A DNA stretch of 64,000 nt, taken from NCBI GenBank assembly GCA_963716555.1, contig CAVQTJ010000004.1:46860-110859 (forward strand). Reading direction: 5' to 3'. Within the stretch, counting starts at the first letter, position 1, and every line of letters starts with the position of its first letter. This document shows positions 29,426 to 38,943 of the stretch, in pieces. A model generated the notes under the pieces. It had not been told where the DNA came from. It made no database searches and saw only the letters and a list, made by a program, of their open reading frames with translations. Origin of the DNA: an uncultured bacterium (GTDB lineage Bacteria; Chloroflexota; Dormibacteria; Aeolococcales; Aeolococcaceae). A program made the position numbers and the translations under genes.

Positions 29426-29675
29426 CCTCCTGGTCAGGGCTGCTCAGTCGGTGGCTGGCCGCCGCCGTGAGGTCGAGCCCGTAGACCTCTTTCAGCCGGT
29501 CGATGACCGCCACCGTCCGTTCGTCGAAGGGCATCTTCCGCTCGAAGGCGTGCAGGGCAATGCCCTCGAGGAGGCCCCCGAGGGAAACGTCGAGATATTC
29601 AGCCAGGCCCTTGAGGACTTTGAGCAGACGCCTCTCCAGCCGGACGCCGGTCTGGACCCGGTCGACCTGGATCAT
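29406..29675 (-). CDS. Small conserved hypothetical protein, possible DNA-binding regulator
   Basis: 89 aa. VQTGVRLERRLLKVLKGLAEYLDVSLGGLLEGIALHAFE is ribbon-helix-helix-like. The start codon is embedded in a palindrome pair. Confidence 0.5.
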   Translation of the reverse strand: MIQVDRVQTGVRLERRLLKVLKGLAEYLDVSLGGLLEGIALHAFERKMPFDERTVAVIDRLKEVYGLDLTAAASHRLSSPDQEDANDPV

Positions 29676-29695
29676 GGTACCATTCTACCATGGTA
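29674..29695. promoter_or_regulatory. Two adjacent perfect 10-bp palindromes (candidate operator) in a divergent promoter region
   Basis: ATGGTACCAT (29674-29683), then tc, then TACCATGGTA (29686-29695), followed by AATGGTCA. This is an A/T-rich island between divergent genes. Confidence 0.5.
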
Positions 29696-29756
29696 CTAAT
29701 GGTCAGGTGCGAATGCGGGGGTTTTCCGGCTGTGGGTCGGCTATGCTGGGCCGGGC

Positions 29757-31199
29757 ATGCTCCCCCATGCGTCACCGAGTTACGCCTTCACCGCACGCTG
29801 CCGCCTCAACAACACACCGGGGACCTTGGGCAGGCTGACATCCGAGATCGGACGAGTCGGCGGCGACCTCCGGGCGATCGACATCGTCGGGGTGGATCAC
29901 CACAGCATCGTCCGCGACATCACCATCCTCGCCGCCAGCACAGAGCACGTCGAGCAGCTGGTGCAGGCCATCGCCGCAGTCGAGGGCGTCGAGCTCCTCG
30001 AGTACTCCGACCGGGTCTTCGCCGCGCACCGCGGTGGCAAGATCGAGATCACTCCGAAGGTACCGGTGAAGACCCGCGACGACCTCTCGATGGTGTACAC
30101 ACCCGGTGTCGCCCGGATCAGTAAGGCCATCGCGGCCAACCCGGAGCGGGTGCGCGACCTCACCATCAAATCGAACTGTGTGGCCATCGTGAGCGACGGG
30201 AGCGCGGTCCTGGGCCTCGGCAACCTCGGCGCTGCAGCGTCTCTGCCGGTGCTCGAGGGCAAGGCCATGCTGTTCAAGGAGCTGGCCGGGGTGGATGCCT
30301 TCCCCATCGCCCTGGCGAGTCAGGAGACCGGCTCGATCGTCGCCACGGTGCAGGCGATCGCCCCAGTGTTCGGAGGGATCAATCTCGAGGATGTGGCGGC
30401 CCCTCGCTGCTTCGAGGTGGAGCGGCAGCTCACCGAGCGGCTCGACATCCCGGTCTTTCACGACGACCAGCACGGAACCGCGGTCGTGGTGCTCGCCGCA
30501 CTCCTCAATGCGCTTCGGGTGGTCCGCAAGCAGCTCGAGGACGCACGGGTGGTCGTGCTGGGCTGCGGCGCGGCAGGCAGCGCAGTGATCCGTCTGCTGC
30601 TCGCCGCCGGCGCTCGCGATGTGGTCGGTGTCGATCGCGGCGGCATCCTCAATCCCGATGACCCCGACCTCCACCCCTACCTCCACAAACTCGCCGAGAT
30701 CTCCAACCCGCGGTGCCTTCAGGGCACGCTGCGCGACGCGCTGACCGGGGCCGATGTGCTGATCGGGGCCAGCATCGGGGGGCTGGTGGTGCGCTCGGAT
30801 CTCGAGCTGATGGGCCCTCGGCCGATCGTCTTCGCCCTGGCCAATCCCGATCCCGAGATCGCCCCCGAGGATGCCGACGGTATCGCTGCGGTGATCGCTA
30901 CCGGGCGCAGCGACTACCCCAACCAGATCAACAACGTGCTCTGCTTCCCGGGGTTCTTCCGTGGCCTGCTGGACTGCGGCGCCCGCCGGGTCACCGACGC
31001 GATGAAGCTCGCTGCCGCACGGGCAATCGCCGACCTGGCGGCGGGCTCAGCGCTGCATCCGGAGCACGTCGTGCCCTCCGTTTTCAACCGTGATGTGGCA
31101 CCGGCGGTGGCAGCGGCGGTGCGCGAGGCCGCGACCCGGGAAGGGGTGGCGCGCGAACCGGTGCGGCCGGCCGGGCGGCCTGGCATGGTGCCGGCATGA
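29757..31199 (+). CDS. NAD(P)-dependent malic enzyme with N-terminal ACT-like domain
   Basis: VYTPGVARISKAI, VSDGSAVLGLGNLG, LEGKAMLFKELAGVDAFPI and FHDDQHGTAVV are present. Confidence 0.85.
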   Translation: MLPHASPSYAFTARCRLNNTPGTLGRLTSEIGRVGGDLRAIDIVGVDHHSIVRDITILAASTEHVEQLVQAIAAVEGVELLEYSDRVFAAHRGGKIEITPKVPVKTRDDLSMVYTPGVARISKAIAANPERVRDLTIKSNCVAIVSDGSAVLGLGNLGAAASLPVLEGKAMLFKELAGVDAFPIALASQETGSIVATVQAIAPVFGGINLEDVAAPRCFEVERQLTERLDIPVFHDDQHGTAVVVLAALLNALRVVRKQLEDARVVVLGCGAAGSAVIRLLLAAGARDVVGVDRGGILNPDDPDLHPYLHKLAEISNPRCLQGTLRDALTGADVLIGASIGGLVVRSDLELMGPRPIVFALANPDPEIAPEDADGIAAVIATGRSDYPNQINNVLCFPGFFRGLLDCGARRVTDAMKLAAARAIADLAAGSALHPEHVVPSVFNRDVAPAVAAAVREAATREGVAREPVRPAGRPGMVPA

Positions 31200-32455
31200 C
31201 CGTGGTCGAAGGGGCCCATCTCTCCTACGCCACCGCCTGCGCGCTGCTGGACCGGGCTGCCGCCGCAGCCGGCATCGACGACTCGGTGCGCGACGTCCTT
31301 CACGAGGTCAAGCGCGAGCTGGTCGTTCACTTCCCGGTGGAGATGGATGACGGCTCCTTCCAGGTCTTCACCGGATTCCGGGTGCAGCATGACGCCTCCC
31401 GCGGCCCCACCAAGGGAGGTATCCGTTATCACCCGCAGATGACCCTGGATGACGCGCGGGCGCTGGCCATGTACATGACCTGGAAATCCGCGGTCATGGA
31501 CCTTCCCTTCGGGGGTGCCAAGGGCGGGGTGATCTGCAATCCCAAGGTGCTGAGCCGCGATGAGCTGGAGCGTCTGACCCGGCGTTACACCACCGAGATC
31601 GCTCCGCTTCTCGGTCCTGAGAAGGACATCCCGGCGCCCGACCTGGGCACCGACGCGCAGGTGATGGCCTGGATCATGGACACCCTGTCGATGCACGCGG
31701 GCTACTCCATCCCGGCAGCGGTCACCGGCAAGCCGGTGGAGATCGGCGGCTCGGAGGGTCGTCACAGCGCACCCGGCAAGGGCCTCGCCGTGCTCGGCGT
31801 GCAGGCGCTGCGCGAGGCGGGCATCGACCTCGGTGGCGCCACCGCGGCGGTTCAGGGCTTCGGATATGTGGGCGCTACCACGGCGACCCAGCTGGCGGAG
31901 GCCGGGGTGCGCGTGGTGGCGGTATCCGACAGTGGTGGGGGGACGCACCGCGAGGGCGGTCTGGATCTCGAAACCCTGCTCGAGATCAAGCACCGCGGTG
32001 GGGCGGTGGGTGACCTCGCCGGTGCGGAGAGGATCAGCAATGCCGACCTGATCGGGCTCGACGTGGATCTGCTGGTCCTGGCCGCGGTCGAATCGCAGAT
32101 CAGCAGGCGAAATCACCAGTCGGTGCGAGCTCGGGTCATCGCCGAGGGAGCCAACGCGGCGATAACCCCAGATGGAGATGACGCGCTCAGCGACCGCGGG
32201 GTGCTGGTCGTGCCCGACATCCTGGCGAACGTGGGCGGTGTGGTTGTCTCCTACTTCGAGTGGGTCCAGGATCTGCAGGCGTTCTTCTGGAACGCGGGCG
32301 ACGTGGACGCCCGCCAGCGCGAGCTGATGATCTCCGCATACGAGCGCGTGCGGGCACGGGCCGCTCATGACCGGGTGACGATGCGACTCGCAGCCTGGGA
32401 GATCGCGGTCGAGAAGGTGGCGAGAGCCACCGAGGTGCGCGGCATCTACCCATGA
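31196..32455 (+). CDS. gdh: Glutamate dehydrogenase (Glu/Leu/Phe/Val DH family), paralog 1
   Basis: GPTKGGIRYHP, LPFGGAKGGV, QGFGYVG and the C-terminal VRGIYP. ATGA overlap with the malic enzyme stop. Confidence 0.9.
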   Translation: MTVVEGAHLSYATACALLDRAAAAAGIDDSVRDVLHEVKRELVVHFPVEMDDGSFQVFTGFRVQHDASRGPTKGGIRYHPQMTLDDARALAMYMTWKSAVMDLPFGGAKGGVICNPKVLSRDELERLTRRYTTEIAPLLGPEKDIPAPDLGTDAQVMAWIMDTLSMHAGYSIPAAVTGKPVEIGGSEGRHSAPGKGLAVLGVQALREAGIDLGGATAAVQGFGYVGATTATQLAEAGVRVVAVSDSGGGTHREGGLDLETLLEIKHRGGAVGDLAGAERISNADLIGLDVDLLVLAAVESQISRRNHQSVRARVIAEGANAAITPDGDDALSDRGVLVVPDILANVGGVVVSYFEWVQDLQAFFWNAGDVDARQRELMISAYERVRARAAHDRVTMRLAAWEIAVEKVARATEVRGIYP

Positions 32456-32522
32456 GTGACCAGGAGACGATCCGCTTCGCCGAGGTGTCGCATCCCGGAC
32501 GTCGATGCTATGTTGGGTTCCG

Positions 32523-33797
32523 ATGACGCTGGCCTCCCGCACCGCCCCGATGGTGGCCGAGAACCCCTGGCTCAACGCCCAACGGCAGTTCGATCAGGCC
32601 GCCGTGATCCTCGACCTCGCACCCTCGCTTCGAGCCGTGCTGCGCGAGGTCCGGCGCGAGCTCGTGGTCCGATTTCCGGTGAAGATGGACGACCGGCGGG
32701 TGGTGATGTACGAAGGTTACCGAGTCCAGCACAACCTGACCCGAGGTCCGGCCAAGGGCGGGCTCCGCTTCCACCCCGACACCAACCTGGACGAGGTCAA
32801 GGCGCTGGCGATGTGGATGACCTGGAAGTGTGCCCTGGCCAACATCCCCTTCGGTGGGGCCAAGGGTGGCGTAGCCGTGGACCCCGCGCTGCTGAGCCGG
32901 CGCGAGCTGGAGCGACTGACCCGCCGCTTCGCCAGCGAGATCGCGATCCTGATCGGACCGGATTCCGACATCCCGGCACCCGACGTCAACACCTCGGCCC
33001 AGATCATGGCCTGGATCATGGACACGCTCTCGATGGAGGCAGGCTATTCGATCCCCGCCGTGGTGACCGGCAAGCCCCTCGACATCGGCGGCTCGGAGGG
33101 CCGCGCCGAAGCGACCGGTCGGGGCGTGGCGATCATCGCGGTCGAGGCCTGCCGGCGCCTCGGCATGGATCCCGTCGAGAGCAGTGTCGCGGTCCAGGGA
33201 TATGGCAACGTCGGCGCGGTGAGCGCGCGACTGCTCGCTTCGCGCGGCTTCCGAGTCACCGCGGTGTCGGATGTCCACGGTGGCATCCACAATCCGGACG
33301 GGCTCGACCTCGAGGAGCTGGAGGCGCACCGGCGGAACACCGGCGCGATCGCCGGATTCCCCGGTGCGCGGGCGGTGTCCAATTCGGAGCTCCTCGAGCT
33401 GCCAGTCGACCTCCTGGTACCGGCTGCGCTGGAGAATGTCATCACCAGCCGAAATGCCGGACGGATCCAGGCGCGGCTCGTGGTCGAGGGGGCCAATGGA
33501 CCGACCACCCCCGACGCCGATGACATCCTGGAGCATCGCGGAATCGTGGTTGTGCCGGACATCCTGGCCAACGCCGGTGGGGTGACCGTCTCCTACTTCG
33601 AATGGGTCCAGGACCTGCAATCGTTCTTCTGGGACGAAGGGGAGATCAACGCCAAGCTGGAGAAGATAATGCGCGGTGCCTTCGGGCAGATGGTGGAACA
33701 AGCCGATGAGCGCGGCGTGTCTCTCCGCCTGGGCGCCTACCTGGTGGCGGTGAAGCGAGTGGCCGACGCCACCGCGGTGCGCGGCATCTATCCCTAG
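32523..33797 (+). CDS. gdh: Glutamate dehydrogenase, paralog 2
   Basis: GPAKGGLRFHP, IPFGGAKGGV, QGYGNVG and VRGIYP. It is collinear with paralog 1. The start was set to the ATG at 32523. Confidence 0.9.
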   Translation: MTLASRTAPMVAENPWLNAQRQFDQAAVILDLAPSLRAVLREVRRELVVRFPVKMDDRRVVMYEGYRVQHNLTRGPAKGGLRFHPDTNLDEVKALAMWMTWKCALANIPFGGAKGGVAVDPALLSRRELERLTRRFASEIAILIGPDSDIPAPDVNTSAQIMAWIMDTLSMEAGYSIPAVVTGKPLDIGGSEGRAEATGRGVAIIAVEACRRLGMDPVESSVAVQGYGNVGAVSARLLASRGFRVTAVSDVHGGIHNPDGLDLEELEAHRRNTGAIAGFPGARAVSNSELLELPVDLLVPAALENVITSRNAGRIQARLVVEGANGPTTPDADDILEHRGIVVVPDILANAGGVTVSYFEWVQDLQSFFWDEGEINAKLEKIMRGAFGQMVEQADERGVSLRLGAYLVAVKRVADATAVRGIYP

Positions 33798-33857
33798 ATC
33801 AGCAGCCGAGGGCCGGTCGGTCACGATGCCAGATTGCGCACCGCCGCCACGGTGCCC

Positions 33858-34706
33858 TCAGCCGACGTGGCCGGTCACGTACTCCCGGGTGCGCGGATCC
33901 CGGGGTGCGTGCAGCAGCTCCGAGGTCGGCCCTGCCTCGACCAGCTCGCCAACTCGGTCCTCACCCAGCAGGAACACCGCGGCCCGGTCCGAGACCCGCG
34001 CCGCCTGGAACATGTTGTGGGTCACGAGCACGATGGTGACCTCTTGGGCGAGTCGGGTGATCAGGGCCTCGATCTTGGCGGTGGCGACGGGGTCGAGCGA
34101 GGAGCATGGCTCGTCCATCAGCAGGACGTCGGGCTCCACGGCCAGGGCGCGGGCGATGCACAGTCGCTGCTGCTGCCCCCCGGAGAGCCGCACCGCCGGC
34201 TGGTGGAGCCGATCCTTGACGATCTCCCACAGGTCCGCGTGACGAAGTGCGGACTCGGCCGCTTCGTGGAGCAGACGGTGGTTGCGGATCCCGTTGAGCC
34301 GCAGCCCGGAGACCGCGTTGCCGAGAATGCTCATGGTGGGGAAGGGGTTGGGTCGCTGGAACACCATGCCGACCCGGCTACGGATCAACTCGGGCCGAAC
34401 ACCCGGAGCGTAGATATCCGTGTCTCCGAGGAGGATGCGCCCATGCACACGACCGCCGGTGTGATCGTGCATCCGGTTCATGGCTCGCAGCAGCGTGGTC
34501 TTTCCGCATCCCGAGGGGCCGACCAGTGCGGTGACCTGGCGGGCCGGCAGCTCGAGGGTCACGTTGCGCACCGCGACGTGATCCGCGAAGGTGACGCTCA
34601 CACCCTCACAGGTGATGGCCGTGACTGGACGCGTGCGCTCGCTCGGTGGCGTCGCCGGCGGAGCCGTCGCTGCGCCGATGGTCACTTCTCTCTCCACGGC
34701 GTCCAT
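33858..34706 (-). CDS. pstB: Phosphate ABC transporter ATP-binding protein
   Basis: GPSGCGKTT and LSGGQQQRLCIARAL. The start was moved to the ATG at 34706 (MDAVERE), 3 nt after the upstream stop. Confidence 0.9.
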   Translation of the reverse strand: MDAVEREVTIGAATAPPATPPSERTRPVTAITCEGVSVTFADHVAVRNVTLELPARQVTALVGPSGCGKTTLLRAMNRMHDHTGGRVHGRILLGDTDIYAPGVRPELIRSRVGMVFQRPNPFPTMSILGNAVSGLRLNGIRNHRLLHEAAESALRHADLWEIVKDRLHQPAVRLSGGQQQRLCIARALAVEPDVLLMDEPCSSLDPVATAKIEALITRLAQEVTIVLVTHNMFQAARVSDRAAVFLLGEDRVGELVEAGPTSELLHAPRDPRTREYVTGHVG

Positions 34707-34708
34707 GC

Positions 34709-36652
34709 TCAGTGAGCCCTCCGGCTGAAGCCCCAGGCGGCAGTCCGCGCCGCCACGCTCAGGACCAGCACCAGGGTGAGCAGCACCAGAGCTGTCCCCC
34801 ATGCCGTCTGCTGAGCTGAGGCAAAGGGTTGTGTGCCCTGACTGAAGATGTACAGGGTCATCGCCATGGTCGGGGCGGCGACGGTGAACAGCAGCGGGGC
34901 GGTCTCGCCGACGCCGCGGGCGGCGGCGAGCAGGTTGCCGGTGACAATCCCAGGAAGCGCGCCACGGATGACGACGTTGCGGGCCACCCGCGAGCGCGAC
35001 GCCCCGAGCGCCATACCCGCCTCCCACAGATCGGTGGGGACCGCTCGCATCGCCTCCTCGTTGGCACGAATCATGATCGGCACCATGAGCACAGCCAGGG
35101 CAAAGCTGGCGGCCAGGTTGGAGAAAACGTGCGTGGGGACGACGATCAAAGCATACGCGAAGATCCCGATGACTATCGACGGCACCCCGGTGAGCACGTC
35201 CGCGCCGAAGCGAATTGCACTGCCCGCGCGGCGCGGCCGCTCGTAGAGGAAGAGCGCAGCCAGCAGGCCCAGCGGCACCGACATCGCCAGCGCCAGGCCC
35301 ATGATCTCGGCGCTGCCCACGATGGCGGTGGAGATGCCGCCACCGGGAACTCCGGCTGGGGTCGGCGCATCGGTTATGAAGGAGGTGGAGACCATTGCGG
35401 CCCCCCGGCTCACCGTGTAGACGACGAGGGCGCCCAGGGGGGCCGCGGCGGCGAGAGCAGCGGTGGCGCAGAGGATCTCCATGGCACCGCCGGTGAGGTG
35501 GCGGCGTCCCAGTGAGGCACGGGCCCGAGCGCGGAGGAGCTGACGGCGCCGGATCGCCGCGGCATGGCTCGATTCCCGCTCCGCGTCGCCGTCAACGCTG
35601 TGATCAGCGGCCGGAGCCCCGGTGCCGAGTGGAGCACCACGAGCCGGTGGCGGGTGGGAGCGCCGTCGCAGCAGCACTTGCCCGCCGATATTGACCAGCA
35701 CGGTGAGCACCAGCAGCACGGCGGCCAGACCGATGATCGAGCTGGTGGCAAGGCCGGGAGTGGCCTCGGCAAACTGATTGATGATCGCGGATCCGAGGGT
35801 CGCGCCCGGTGAGAGCAGCGAATGCGGGATCGACGGGTTGTTGCCGATGACCATCACCACGGCGATGCTCTCCCCCAGGGCTCGGCCCATCGCCAATGTG
35901 ACCGCGGCAGCTATGCCGGCACGGGCCCCCGGAAAGACGGCGCGACGAATCACCTGCCACCGGGTTGCTCCCAGCGCCATCGCCGCCTCGCGATCGCTCG
36001 CCGCCACGCCGCGCAGAGCGGTCCGGCTCAGGGCGACCACGGTGGGCAGGGTCATCACCGCCAGCACGACCGCGGCGAGCAGGATGCTCGGTCCATACGC
36101 CGGCCCGGTGAACAGCGCGCCCAGCACGGGCAGGTGCTCCAGGAAAGGCTCCACCCCCGCAGCGAAGATCGGCGAGAGCACGAGCAGCGCCCAGAGCCCC
36201 ACCACGATGCTGGGAACCGCGGCCAGGAAGTCGATGGCAGCGGAGAGCGGGGCGGCGAGCCATCGCGGCGCCAGCTCGGAGATGAAGATGGCGACCCCGA
36301 GTCCCACGGGTACCGACATCACCATGGCAAGCCCCGTGGTGACCACCGTGCCCACCACCAGGATTCCGGCGCCGTATTCCTGATCAGCTGGGTTCCAGGT
36401 GCCCGAAAAGAAGAAGCCGAGGCCCGAGTGCCCCAGTGCCGGCGCCGACTCGATGATCAAAGTGATCACAAGACCGGCCAGAACCGCAGCGAAGATGCCC
36501 GCCCCGGTCCAGCGCAGCGCCGCATAGGCGGTCCCGCGGCGCGGGTTACCGGACCGGCGTCGGAGCGTCTCACGCATCCGGCCGGCAGCCGGAGCGCCAG
36601 GGATTGGAGCTCCGCGATCGCCGGGAAGGATGCTGCCGGCGGGATCGGTCAC
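34709..36652 (-). CDS. Fused phosphate ABC permease PstC-PstA
   Basis: Single 647-aa ORF with two permease modules, each carrying an EAA-type loop (DREAAMALGATRWQ and LWEAGMALGASRSR). An Arg/Ala-rich linker joins them. Confidence 0.85.
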   Translation of the reverse strand: MTDPAGSILPGDRGAPIPGAPAAGRMRETLRRRSGNPRRGTAYAALRWTGAGIFAAVLAGLVITLIIESAPALGHSGLGFFFSGTWNPADQEYGAGILVVGTVVTTGLAMVMSVPVGLGVAIFISELAPRWLAAPLSAAIDFLAAVPSIVVGLWALLVLSPIFAAGVEPFLEHLPVLGALFTGPAYGPSILLAAVVLAVMTLPTVVALSRTALRGVAASDREAAMALGATRWQVIRRAVFPGARAGIAAAVTLAMGRALGESIAVVMVIGNNPSIPHSLLSPGATLGSAIINQFAEATPGLATSSIIGLAAVLLVLTVLVNIGGQVLLRRRSHPPPARGAPLGTGAPAADHSVDGDAERESSHAAAIRRRQLLRARARASLGRRHLTGGAMEILCATAALAAAAPLGALVVYTVSRGAAMVSTSFITDAPTPAGVPGGGISTAIVGSAEIMGLALAMSVPLGLLAALFLYERPRRAGSAIRFGADVLTGVPSIVIGIFAYALIVVPTHVFSNLAASFALAVLMVPIMIRANEEAMRAVPTDLWEAGMALGASRSRVARNVVIRGALPGIVTGNLLAAARGVGETAPLLFTVAAPTMAMTLYIFSQGTQPFASAQQTAWGTALVLLTLVLVLSVAARTAAWGFSRRAH

Positions 36653-37797
36653 GGGCTGAAGAGCGGTGATCCGGCAGAGGACTGCAGCTGCTCGAGGGTC
36701 TGGACCGCGAGCTGCGCCACGTTGGCGGGCAGGGGAGCGAAGCCGAGGGCGGACGACTGCTGCTGCCCGGCGGTCACCACCCAGTCGAAGAGCTTCCCGA
36801 GCGCGATGCCCTTGAGCTGATCCGGCTGCCGCTGGTACAGGAGGGTCCAGCTGAAGTTCGCCAGCGGGTAGCTGCCGGCTCCGGGCTCATCGATGATGGA
36901 GAAGTTGCTGGCGCTGAGCGTCGTGGCCTCAGCGCCGGCCGCCGCCACCGATTGCAGTGAGGGCGCCACGAAGGACCCCGACCGATTCTGGAGCGCAGCG
37001 TTGACGAAGCCGGCCTGGAGGGCGTAGCCGTACTCCACGAAACCGATCGCCCCGACGGTCTGGTGGACATAGCTGGCGACTCCGGTATTGAGCTGCTCGC
37101 CGATCCCCACCGTGGCGAGCGGCCAGGTCTTGGACGGCTTGGAGGTGCCGATCTTGGCGACCCACGCCGGAGAGTTGAGGATCAGGTAGTCATCCAGATC
37201 CCAGCCGGGACCGGAGGAGTCCGCCCGATGGACCGGGACGATGGCCAGATCGGGCAGGTTGGAGTCCCCGGAGACCCGCGCGATCCGCGGATCGTTCCAT
37301 TGGGTGATGGTCCCGTCGAAAATTCCGGCGAGCGTGGGGGCGTCGAGCTTGAGGTTCCGGGGCGCACCCGGGATGTTGTAGCTGATGGCCACGCCGCCGA
37401 GGTCCACCGGGACCTGGAGAACCGCGCCCGGCGCCTTGGCCAGGTCCGATGCTGCCATGGGGATCTCGGTGTCACCGAAGTCGACGATCTCCTGCTCGAT
37501 GTCGCTGATGCCCACGCTGCTTCCGGCGGGTGAGTAGTTGACGACGGTCTTGGGATCGGCCTGGTGGTACTCGTAGAAGACCTTGGTGAAGAAGGGCTCG
37601 ATAGAGTTGGCCCCCGCACCGTTCAGGGTCTCGGAGCCATCGGTCGTGATGTCGCAGGCAGCGCTGAGCTGGGTGCTCGACGGGCAGGTGGGGTCAGAGG
37701 TTCCCCCAGTGGACGGGGTGGTGGAGGTGGTGCCGCATCCGGCGAGGAGCCCCACGGTGGCGAGTGCGGCCGTGGCGGCAAGACGTCGGAGGTGCAT
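36649..37797 (-). CDS. pstS: Phosphate-binding lipoprotein
   Basis: The start was moved to the ATG at 37797 (MHLRRLAATAALATVGLLAGCG), with GAGGAG 6 nt upstream. The body is PstS-like (GAGANSIEPF). Confidence 0.85.
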   Translation of the reverse strand: MHLRRLAATAALATVGLLAGCGTTSTTPSTGGTSDPTCPSSTQLSAACDITTDGSETLNGAGANSIEPFFTKVFYEYHQADPKTVVNYSPAGSSVGISDIEQEIVDFGDTEIPMAASDLAKAPGAVLQVPVDLGGVAISYNIPGAPRNLKLDAPTLAGIFDGTITQWNDPRIARVSGDSNLPDLAIVPVHRADSSGPGWDLDDYLILNSPAWVAKIGTSKPSKTWPLATVGIGEQLNTGVASYVHQTVGAIGFVEYGYALQAGFVNAALQNRSGSFVAPSLQSVAAAGAEATTLSASNFSIIDEPGAGSYPLANFSWTLLYQRQPDQLKGIALGKLFDWVVTAGQQQSSALGFAPLPANVAQLAVQTLEQLQSSAGSPLFSP

Positions 37798-37936
37798 CGC
37801 GATCTCCTCGTGGTGAAGGCCCAGGGGGGCATCTCCGCCGCCCCTGCGGCGCCGATCGGTTGGGCGATCCCGGCGCCAAACGGCGGTCACCAGGACTATG
37901 GCACTGACCTAACCATCGGATCAAGCCATCAGACGA

Positions 37937-37942
37937 TATAAT
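37937..37942 (+). promoter_or_regulatory. Candidate -10 box (TATAAT) for the LysR gene
   Basis: A perfect TATAAT lies in the only A/T-rich patch (GATATAATTTCATTCTCTCTACAAG) of the pstS/LysR divergent region. Confidence 0.35.
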
Positions 37943-37963
37943 TTCATTCTCTCTACAAGAACG

Positions 37964-38929
37964 ATGCGAGTTGCTCTTCACCCCCCAGCCGAGGGGCGGC
38001 CGGGCCGCCGCAGGGTGCCGACGCACGCGCCGGCCCGGCCCCGGCCCGAGATCACCCTCGATCAGCTGCGCACCTTCCTCGCGGTTGCCGAGCGGCAGCA
38101 CGTGAGCGCCGCGGCCGCCGCCCTGCGCATCTCGCAGGGGTCGGTGAGCACCGTGGTCCGGCGTCTGGAGAGAAGCCTGGGACTGCCGCTTTTCAACAGG
38201 GTCGGGCGCAACATCCGGCTCACCGACGTGGGCCGTGCGCTGCGACCCATCGCCACCCGCGTGCTCGACGACCTCAGCCTCGTCGACGAGCTTCGGGCCA
38301 GCTATCTGGCTGCGGAACGCGGCGAGATCTCGGTCGCCGCGGGACACGTGGTCGGGACGCACCGGGTCCCCGGCTGGCTCGCGGCCTTCGTCGCGGCGCA
38401 TCCGAAGATCGGCCTGCACCTCAGCATCGCGCCGTTTCGGGTCACCGTCGAGATGCTTGTGGATGGAGAGGTGGACGTCATCTTCACCAGCTCGGCCGTG
38501 GACGTGGCCGGCGTGGAGTCGATCACCATGGAGCGAACCGAGATGGTGCTGGTCGCCGCGCCCGGCCACCCCCTCGCGCGCAGCCGGGCGCCGCTGCGCG
38601 AGCTGCACCTGCACCGGCATCTCGAGCACGAGCGCGGGACGGCCACCAACCTGCTCGCCGCCCAGCTGCTCGGCGATCATCTGCGTGACGCCGAGCCGGT
38701 CGAGCTCGAGGAGGGCGCACTGGTGCCGGCTCTCATGGCCGGGCTGGGCTTCGCGGTGATGCCGCGCGCCCTGGTCGAGAACGACCTGGCCGGAGGGCGC
38801 CTGGCGGTCCTGCACCACCCCGGTCCCAGGGTCCTCCAGGTGTCCACGGCGTCACGCCGGCAGGGGGTGCACACGCCGGCGGTGGAGCTGCTGTGGGAGC
38901 ATCTCCGCGGCGTCGCTCAGCCACCGTGA
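37964..38929 (+). CDS. LysR-family transcriptional regulator
   Basis: LDQLRTFLAVAERQHVSAAAAALRISQGSVSTVVRRLE..LFNRVGR. The true start may be the GTG at 38015. Confidence 0.8.
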   Translation: MRVALHPPAEGRPGRRRVPTHAPARPRPEITLDQLRTFLAVAERQHVSAAAAALRISQGSVSTVVRRLERSLGLPLFNRVGRNIRLTDVGRALRPIATRVLDDLSLVDELRASYLAAERGEISVAAGHVVGTHRVPGWLAAFVAAHPKIGLHLSIAPFRVTVEMLVDGEVDVIFTSSAVDVAGVESITMERTEMVLVAAPGHPLARSRAPLRELHLHRHLEHERGTATNLLAAQLLGDHLRDAEPVELEEGALVPALMAGLGFAVMPRALVENDLAGGRLAVLHHPGPRVLQVSTASRRQGVHTPAVELLWEHLRGVAQPP

Positions 38930-38943
38930 CCGAGGCGGAGGAG

